Positions 63,951-64,000 of a stretch of 64,000 bases of DNA are shown here, one piece after another. The notes beneath the pieces were generated by a model, which was not told the origin of the DNA, searched no databases, and saw only the letters and a list, made by a program, of their open reading frames with translations. Location: the NCBI RefSeq assembly GCF_006345805.1, contig NC_043004.1, positions 7,440,001-7,504,000 on the forward strand. Reading direction: 5' to 3'. The position numbers were made by a program, and so were the translations under genes. Every line of letters begins with the position of its first letter. The stretch's first letter is position 1. This DNA is from Octopus sinensis. Lineage: Eukaryota.

Positions 63951-64000
63951 ACCTAATATATGTGATGGGATACGAACTAGTGACCTCTTGGTTGACAAAC

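Overview
AT-rich, microsatellite-rich animal genomic DNA, not prokaryotic. Its tRNA-derived SINE families (CORE-type, Nin/Deu-type, RTE-derived) match my recollection of octopus/coleoid cephalopod repeats; the taxon is an inference. Almost all six-frame ORFs are spurious read-throughs of repeats. The window looks mostly like intron. There is one well-supported host exon (58710-58770, 61 nt, phase 1/2) encoding the N-terminal half of a WW domain, with the size, phase and motif of dystrophin exon 62. A candidate tiny upstream coding exon at 8518/8520-8535 would splice to it in frame across about 50 kb. The rest is a layered fossil record of SINEs, TTAA (piggyBac-type) MITEs, a hAT MITE, mariner/Tc1 remnants, Helitron-like elements and RTE, CR1-like and R4/Dong LINE fragments. 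The most interesting signal is a family of palindromic non-autonomous elements (14777-15533, 58895-59276). In each, tRNA-like Pol III heads point outward from the centre and the arms carry a minimal type-I hammerhead-ribozyme motif of the Penelope-like-element kind, with a 31-35 nt one-sided tail. This suggests a tRNA-promoter/hammerhead SINE or retrozyme mobilised by a Penelope-like element. All calls were made by eye, without database searches, and repeat boundaries are approximate unless a TSD or TIR is given.
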